Below are positions 58,228-64,000 of a stretch of 64,000 nt of DNA, piece by piece. The notes beneath the pieces are model-generated. The model saw only the letters and a list, made by a program, of their open reading frames with translations, was not told the DNA's origin and did not search any database. Source of the stretch: an uncultured Bacilli bacterium (lineage in GTDB: Bacteria; Bacillota_I; Bacilli_A; ML615J-28; CAG-313); contig CALVCV010000001.1 of NCBI GenBank assembly GCA_944326155.1, positions 12,409 to 76,408 on the forward strand, in the 5' to 3' direction. Position 1 is the stretch's first letter, and every line of letters starts with the position of its first letter. The translations under genes and the position numbers were made by a program.

Positions 58228-58719
58228 TTAAGAATTCTCTGCTTGTTTTTTATCTATTAAATTATCCATTGCTATAACAACTGCAATCATAAATGGCATA
58301 TCTTCTTCGCTAGCTTCCAACTCAAAAGCATCGGCTAGAAAAGTAATTTTTCTCCTTATGATGCCACAGACTTGACCATTTTTAATAATTTTACTAGTTA
58401 ATCCTATGAATTTGCCTTCTATTCTAATTTCGTCTTCACAACCTTCAATAAAGTATTCACGTTTAAAATTAAACATTTTATCTTTAATAGTCGCAATTAA
58501 CTGATGGTCTTGATCATAAATGTAGGTTTTATAGCGAAAAAAATTAAAAACCCTGTTTTTAATAATATAAAGCAAATTATTATTTCTATCATATAACTTT
58601 TTCATATGTGATAGACTAAATAGTTTTCCTTCTACCACATAGATTGGCTGCAAATTCTCATCTAAAATTGCTGAATCGCCTCTTAATGATAAAAATTTAT
58701 TTTTAATATATACTTTCAT
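58228..58719 (-). CDS. LURP-one-related / tubby-C-terminal-like protein (DUF567, YxjI-like)
   Basis: 163 aa; the pattern matches the LOR/YxjI family (scramblase/tubby-like fold). Confidence 0.55.
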   Translation of the reverse strand: MKVYIKNKFLSLRGDSAILDENLQPIYVVEGKLFSLSHMKKLYDRNNNLLYIIKNRVFNFFRYKTYIYDQDHQLIATIKDKMFNFKREYFIEGCEDEIRIEGKFIGLTSKIIKNGQVCGIIRRKITFLADAFELEASEEDMPFMIAVVIAMDNLIDKKQAENS

Positions 58720-58730
58720 TTTTCCTCCTG

Positions 58731-59237
58731 TTAAAAAAATTTTGTCATAAAATAACCTACAAAAATACTAAGTAGTATCCAAACAATTAGTTTTCCTATA
58801 AGTAGAATTATTCTTCTTTTTTTGATACTGCTATTAAGATAATATTCATTTTCAATTTCTTCAAAATCTGCTTCACAAATAACTTCTAAAGCTTTTTTAG
58901 ATTGTTTAAAATTATTATAACGTAGGACAATTTTTTCATCATCTTCTATTTTAAATAATAGTTTCACATACGATGATAAATAATTTTTTGAATATGGTGG
59001 GTTAAAAATACCTAAAAAACTTATGAAATATGATAAAATTGCAAATAAATACCAATATTTACCTTCTAATTCATGACCATGAAAAATCATCATTTCAATG
59101 CTTTCATCATTTATTAAAAATGTAGTTTTATATAGTATGGAATTTACCTTTTTTACTTTTACGTTTTTGCCATTAACAATTATCCAAGGTACAATTTTAG
59201 CATTAGGAGTAGTTATTTCTAATTCAACTTTTTTCAT
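58731..59237 (-). CDS. Hypothetical membrane protein (168 aa; central and C-terminal TM helices)
   Basis: Start ATG 59237 with AGGGG RBS, forming an ATGA overlap with the upstream gene. The ORF-track start 59303 would overlap by 70 nt. Confidence 0.45.
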   Translation of the reverse strand: MKKVELEITTPNAKIVPWIIVNGKNVKVKKVNSILYKTTFLINDESIEMMIFHGHELEGKYWYLFAILSYFISFLGIFNPPYSKNYLSSYVKLLFKIEDDEKIVLRYNNFKQSKKALEVICEADFEEIENEYYLNSSIKKRRIILLIGKLIVWILLSIFVGYFMTKFF

Positions 59238-59674
59238 GAAAATACCCCTACTTTCATAATAAAGATAGCTATCAATGCCAACAAACAGACAAATACTGAA
59301 CAAATCATTCTTCCAATTTGTCTATTTTTTTTATCAAAAATAAAAATTATAAAAGAAGCAATAGCAAGGACTAGTGTTATAGTAGTGAATAGATATGTAT
59401 GATCCAAAAAAAATGTCGAAATATTGGCAGCTATTTTTATTGAAGAAGAAAAAAAATCACCAAAGTTAGGTATCATAATAAAAATGGTACCTAATGACAA
59501 AATAATCAATATTCCTGCAATAAGTATTAAAAAAGCAATAGTTAAAAAACTAAAAAATCCCATATAAGATAAAATAAGAGCAAAAATCGCTATATTAGAA
59601 AAAATAATTCCTAGTCGATTAGTAAAACGACTCAATTCAATACTTATTGGTATACTCTCTTTCATATTTTTCAT
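59234..59674 (-). CDS. Hypothetical polytopic membrane protein (146 aa, 4-5 TM)
   Basis: Hydrophobic throughout; first gene of a three-gene minus-strand operon. Confidence 0.45.
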   Translation of the reverse strand: MKNMKESIPISIELSRFTNRLGIIFSNIAIFALILSYMGFFSFLTIAFLILIAGILIILSLGTIFIMIPNFGDFFSSSIKIAANISTFFLDHTYLFTTITLVLAIASFIIFIFDKKNRQIGRMICSVFVCLLALIAIFIMKVGVFS

Positions 59675-59744
59675 AATACCTCCTTATTATTTATTATTGG
59701 TTATTTATCATTTATTATAACTTATTATATTATAAATTGCAATC

Positions 59745-59776
59745 TAAAAATAAAACACATCAAAAAAGATGTGTCT
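59745..59776 (-). terminator. Rho-independent terminator after the TldD/PmbA pair (minus strand)
   Basis: Minus-strand hairpin gacacatc / gatgtgtt followed by TTTTATTTTT. Confidence 0.55.
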
Positions 59777-59785
59777 CATCTACTG

Positions 59786-61117
59786 TTATTTGCCTGAAAT
59801 TGCAAGAGATTTAACTTTTAAAGTAGGGGATGCAACACCTATAAAACGCTTTTCAATATCATTACCTATTAATTCAATATTATTCATCATATCAAAGAAA
59901 TTACCAGAAGTAACAAATAATGTAACAGGTTTATCAATTTTACCATTTTTGATCATAAAACCTGATGATTGTACATTAAAATCACCTGAAACAGGATTTA
60001 AACCAGCATGAAGGCCATTTACTTGTGTAATGTAAATTCCTTCTTGAACACTTTCAATAATTTCATCTTTTGTTAGATTACCTTCTTTAATAAATAGGTT
60101 AGTTCCCGTAGCAGAAACAGCGCCATCGGTGGTAGGTTTAAAACCATTTCCTGTAGGATTGGTTTTAAAATAATTAGCGGTTTTTAAACTATGTAATAAA
60201 CAATTTAGTAATCCATTTTCTACAACAGCTTTAGTTTTACAAGGAACGCCTTCATCATCAAAAATAGGTTTAATAAGTGCATCTTCGTAGAATGGATCAT
60301 CCATAATCGTGATGTTATTACCAAATACTTTTTGACCTACTTTATCTGCTAAAATTGTCATTTTTTTCATTGCAGAATCTCCTGAAAATACTGATGCAAA
60401 AGCACCAAGAATTTCCGTTGCGACATCTCGATCAAAGACAACAGGATATTTACCTGTTTTAACAAAGCCAGCACCAAGTTGAGCTAATGCTGCATCAGTT
60501 GATTCTTTAACAAGTCGATCAGTTTCAATTTTATCAAAAAATGGATTAACATCGCCTGCTCTACCAACAGCAGTTTGGTCACCATCAGAAACTAGTGGGC
60601 CTACAACTGTCGTAGTAAAAGAATAAGATCGATTCAAATCTAAACCTTTAGAATTTAAAATTTGTATATTCTGTGAAGTTTCAGTATATTGGCAATATCC
60701 TAATTTAACAATTTTAGGGCTTACTGCAAGTATCTTTTTTTCTAAATCTTGTAGCATTGTAATTTTTTCATTAGTTGAATAATTTTTATAATTTGAAACG
60801 AGATTTGGTACTTGTTTATATGTTGCACCAGCATCAAACATAAATTCATTTTCATCAGAAGAGATTAATTTAACGTTTTGAACCAATTGTTTTAAAAGAG
60901 ATTCAATAGCACTATCTTCCAAAGTTTCGGTATAAACATAGGCCATCTTACCATTTAATAACCCTCTAATTGAAACACCAAAAAGTTTTTTCATATTATA
61001 GGAATCAAGTTTACCTTCATCAAGTTTTATTGAATTACTTTCTGAAGTATTTGCATAAACTTCAACTGCTTCTAAGCCAAGTTCAAGACCACGATTAATA
61101 ATTTGTTGTAAAGTCAT
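59786..61117 (-). CDS. TldD/PmbA-family metalloprotease subunit (PmbA/TldE-like)
   Basis: 443 aa, paired with a TldD homolog. 1-nt overlap between the two genes. Confidence 0.8.
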   Translation of the reverse strand: MTLQQIINRGLELGLEAVEVYANTSESNSIKLDEGKLDSYNMKKLFGVSIRGLLNGKMAYVYTETLEDSAIESLLKQLVQNVKLISSDENEFMFDAGATYKQVPNLVSNYKNYSTNEKITMLQDLEKKILAVSPKIVKLGYCQYTETSQNIQILNSKGLDLNRSYSFTTTVVGPLVSDGDQTAVGRAGDVNPFFDKIETDRLVKESTDAALAQLGAGFVKTGKYPVVFDRDVATEILGAFASVFSGDSAMKKMTILADKVGQKVFGNNITIMDDPFYEDALIKPIFDDEGVPCKTKAVVENGLLNCLLHSLKTANYFKTNPTGNGFKPTTDGAVSATGTNLFIKEGNLTKDEIIESVQEGIYITQVNGLHAGLNPVSGDFNVQSSGFMIKNGKIDKPVTLFVTSGNFFDMMNNIELIGNDIEKRFIGVASPTLKVKSLAISGK

Positions 61118-62532
61118 TAGTTGTTACCTCCTCTTCCACCAACTGTCATACTAGAAACACGAATTGTAGGTTGACCAACGATAGTAGGAACCCATCCACT
61201 CATTGATCCACACATACCATATCCAAATTCTAAGTTATCTGCTATCATATCAATTCTAAGTAAAACATCTTTACCTGAACCTACTAAAGTAGCACCTTTG
61301 ACAGGTTTTGTAATTTTACCATTTTCAATCATATAAGCAACGTTCACAGCAAAATTAAATTCACCAGTAGCAGGATTTACTGATCCACCACCCATTTGTT
61401 TAGCAAATAGACCAAACTTTGTATTTTTAATAATTTCATCAAAAGTAGATGTTCCTGGTAAGAAATACGTATTTGTCATTCTTGAAGTAGTTTGTAATTT
61501 ATATGATTCTCGTCTAGAGGAAGCCGTAATTGGATGATTCATCTTCTTAGAATTACGTTTGTCAACAAGATACGACTTTAAAATACCATTTTCAATTAAT
61601 AAATTACATTTTGTTGGAGTTCCTTCATCATCAATGTTAATTGAACCCCAAGCATTTTCATTAGTACCAACATCTACTGCATTTACAATATCACTAGCCA
61701 CTTTAGTTCCAATCTTTCCGCAAAATACAGACATACCACGTGCAACAGAGGTAGCCTCAAGTCCATGTACACATGCTTCATGTAAAATAACGCCGCCAAA
61801 AGCATTGTGAATAACAACAGGCATTTCGCCGCCTTGCATTACATCGGCATGTAGCATTTCAACAGCGTCTTTAGCAACATCCTGACCAAAAGCATACGCA
61901 TCAAAGCCATCATACATTTCCATACCTTGGTTACGACCAAAACTTGATGAACTTGGTTGAATTGATTTACCATCACTTGCAACTGCTCTAGTTGTCAAAC
62001 GATTATTGCAGCGATGATCAGTTTGCCATGTTGAATCGCTTGCAAAAACAAACATATACTGATCTTTTTTAACAACTGAAGCAACAATTTGAACAATTTC
62101 TTTACTATATTCTTTTGCACCTTTCGTTGCTTCAGTAATTAAACCTATTTCTTGATCTAGATTTTCGCCACGAACACGTTCAGGATGAACTACTAATTTT
62201 ACATCTTTTTCAACAAATGGTTGTACTTCTATACGCTTCGTACCAACAAAACTATCCGCTAAAGTTTTAGCAACTTCTAACAATTCATCCTTATCAAATT
62301 TAGTAAGTGAGCAGTTTACTTCTGTATTATCTTTAATAATACGCAAAGCGGCACCGCTTACATTTGAAATATTAATTTTTGAAATCTTACCAAATTGCAT
62401 TTCAATTGTTTCATTTTTAGTATTTTCCATAAAAACTTCCGCAAAATCACCGCCTGTAGATAATGCCGTTTCAAGAATTTGTTTAGCAATTTCTTCAGTA
62501 ATACCAAAAACTTCTTTATGTTTCACACTCAT
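61117..62532 (-). CDS. tldD: TldD-family metalloprotease
   Basis: 471 aa; conserved C-terminal block GGGSVNPATGEFNF. Confidence 0.8.
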   Translation of the reverse strand: MSVKHKEVFGITEEIAKQILETALSTGGDFAEVFMENTKNETIEMQFGKISKINISNVSGAALRIIKDNTEVNCSLTKFDKDELLEVAKTLADSFVGTKRIEVQPFVEKDVKLVVHPERVRGENLDQEIGLITEATKGAKEYSKEIVQIVASVVKKDQYMFVFASDSTWQTDHRCNNRLTTRAVASDGKSIQPSSSSFGRNQGMEMYDGFDAYAFGQDVAKDAVEMLHADVMQGGEMPVVIHNAFGGVILHEACVHGLEATSVARGMSVFCGKIGTKVASDIVNAVDVGTNENAWGSINIDDEGTPTKCNLLIENGILKSYLVDKRNSKKMNHPITASSRRESYKLQTTSRMTNTYFLPGTSTFDEIIKNTKFGLFAKQMGGGSVNPATGEFNFAVNVAYMIENGKITKPVKGATLVGSGKDVLLRIDMIADNLEFGYGMCGSMSGWVPTIVGQPTIRVSSMTVGGRGGNN

Positions 62533-62666
62533 AATGGTTACCTCCTATTTATATAGCAATATTGTAGCATAATAAATTTTTTTTAGCAAATAATCTAATC
62601 AAATATTCTGCTGAAAAGGCTTTCATTTAATTTCTATAAAAAAAAATAACCATAAGCATGTTATGG

Positions 62667-62906
62667 CTATTTAAATGTATCAAATATTTTTTCATTTATG
62701 CCACTAGTTAAGATATCTCTAACTAATTTATTTTCATCTGCTTTATCTAGGCTTTTACCTGCAATTTTTGAAACTTCCTTTATAACTTGTCTAATGCTTT
62801 CTTCATTATTCAAATCCATTTGTCTAACTTTATCGACTAAAGCAAAAACAGCATCGGGTTGAATATTATTTTCAGAAATAAAATTCATAATTTTATTAAA
62901 ATTCAC
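62667..62906 (-). CDS. Small hypothetical protein (79 aa)
   Basis: Downstream of and co-oriented with the DAHP synthase gene. Terminator-like hairpin at 62647-62669 (minus). Confidence 0.35.
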   Translation of the reverse strand: MNFNKIMNFISENNIQPDAVFALVDKVRQMDLNNEESIRQVIKEVSKIAGKSLDKADENKLVRDILTSGINEKIFDTFK

Positions 62907-62970
62907 CTTACATTTTCACCTCAGTCTATTATATGACAAAGACCCATAAAAAGTTACAATATCAATGGTA

Positions 62971-63996
62971 TTATTTTCTTAAATCTGCAATTTCGTAAAT
63001 TAATCTTTCAGTTTTTTCCCAACCAAGGCATGCATCAGTAATTGACTTACCATAAACTCCTTCACCTGATTTTTGACAACCATCCTCGATATAAGATTCT
63101 ATCATCAATCCTTTTACAAGTTTATTAATATGCTCATTGTGTCTTGTACTATGAAGAACTTCTTTTGCGATACGAACTTGTTCTAAATAATTCTTTCCTG
63201 AATTAGAGTGATTAGTATCAACAATAACAGCAGGATTTTTTAAATTACTTTGTAAGTAGGTTTCATATAAAAGATTTAAGTCTTCATAATGATAATTAGG
63301 ACTTGAATGGCCCTGCTTATCAACATATCCTCTTAAAATTGCGTGAGCGAGTGGATTACCACTGCTAGATACTTCCCAACCTCGATAAATAAAAGTGTGA
63401 GAAGATTGGGCTGCTTTTATGGCATTCATCATGACTGAAAGATCACCACCTGTTGGATTTTTCATACCAACTGGAATATCTAAACCACTTGCAGTAAGTC
63501 GATGGGATTGATCTTCAACTGATCGTGCGCCAACTGCGACATAAGACAATAAATCAGATAAATATCGATGATTTTCTGGGTATAGCATTTCATCTGCTGA
63601 TGAAAAACCTGTTTCATTTAAAACACGCATATGTAGCTTACGAATGGCAATTAATCCTTTTAACATATCAGGATTTTCATTGGGATTTGGTTGATGTAAC
63701 ATACCTTTATATCCTTCACCAGTTGTTCTTGGTTTATTCGTATACACACGCGGTACAATCATAATTTTATCCTTAACTGCTTCTTGAACTTTAGCAAGAC
63801 GTGTTACATAATCAATAACTGAATCTTCACGATCAGCTGAACATGGTCCTATTACTAAAAGAAACTTGTCGGATTGACCAGTAAAAATATTATATAGTTC
63901 TAAATCATTTTTTGCTTTTGCTTGGATTCCAACCTGCGTTACAGGATACATTTGCTTAATTTCAGCAGGTATTGGTAATTTTCTTTTAAAATCCAT
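62971..63996 (-). CDS. aroG: 3-deoxy-7-phosphoheptulonate (DAHP) synthase, class I alpha (AroG/F/H type)
   Basis: 341 aa; IGPCS motif (LVIGPCSADRED) and KPRT, typical of class Ialpha DAHP synthases. Confidence 0.85.
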   Translation of the reverse strand: MDFKRKLPIPAEIKQMYPVTQVGIQAKAKNDLELYNIFTGQSDKFLLVIGPCSADREDSVIDYVTRLAKVQEAVKDKIMIVPRVYTNKPRTTGEGYKGMLHQPNPNENPDMLKGLIAIRKLHMRVLNETGFSSADEMLYPENHRYLSDLLSYVAVGARSVEDQSHRLTASGLDIPVGMKNPTGGDLSVMMNAIKAAQSSHTFIYRGWEVSSSGNPLAHAILRGYVDKQGHSSPNYHYEDLNLLYETYLQSNLKNPAVIVDTNHSNSGKNYLEQVRIAKEVLHSTRHNEHINKLVKGLMIESYIEDGCQKSGEGVYGKSITDACLGWEKTERLIYEIADLRK

Positions 63997-64000
63997 ATTC

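Noticed and set aside
1-64000. CRISPR arrays, rRNA/tRNA genes, transposase or IS elements
   Set aside because: Scanned intergenic regions for regularly spaced direct repeats and for tRNA/rRNA signatures; none found. The longer noncoding stretches (15769-16409, 45044-45645, 55650-55891) are explained by a T-box leader, AT-rich spacer and divergent promoters.

Overview
Chromosomal segment from a low-GC, endospore-forming Firmicute (Clostridia- or Erysipelotrichia-like), about 64 kb and densely coding (about 60 CDS). Gene order closely matches Bacillus subtilis in several blocks: PBP-murE-mraY-murD (dcw), valS-folC-radC-spoIVFA/B, rplU-prp-rpmA-obg, mutS-mutL-miaA, dacB-spmA-spmB-rluB, spoIIM-xerD-deoB, hemW-lepA and nrdDG. 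No CRISPR array, rRNA, tRNA or obvious mobile element was found. The main accessory feature is at the 5' end (295-6222). It is a terminator-bounded three-gene cassette: a Sec-secreted MACPF/perforin-like pore-forming protein, a MacB-type fused ABC ATPase/FtsX permease with an unusually large (~500 aa) extracytoplasmic domain, and a secreted Big_2 (bacterial Ig-like) protein. It lies between mscL and the dcw cluster and is the best candidate for an undescribed toxin/export-immunity system. Other notable points are: (1) an in-frame NadD-NadE trifunctional fusion that is one nucleotide away from a stop codon followed by a perfect RBS; (2) an SpoIVFB-like M50 site-2 protease split by a +1 frameshift; (3) an ~8 kb block (LRR surface protein, PPDK, membrane-anchored XRE regulator, GT8-acyltransferase-membrane protein operon, acidic hypothetical) inserted between spoIVFB and rplU where B. 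subtilis carries mreBCD-minCD; (4) a valS T-box leader and an rplU leader RNA; (5) a LURP-one-related (YxjI-like) three-gene membrane operon; (6) long A/T-flanked hairpins in the nrdD divergent promoter region and a 600-bp AT-rich convergent noncoding region.
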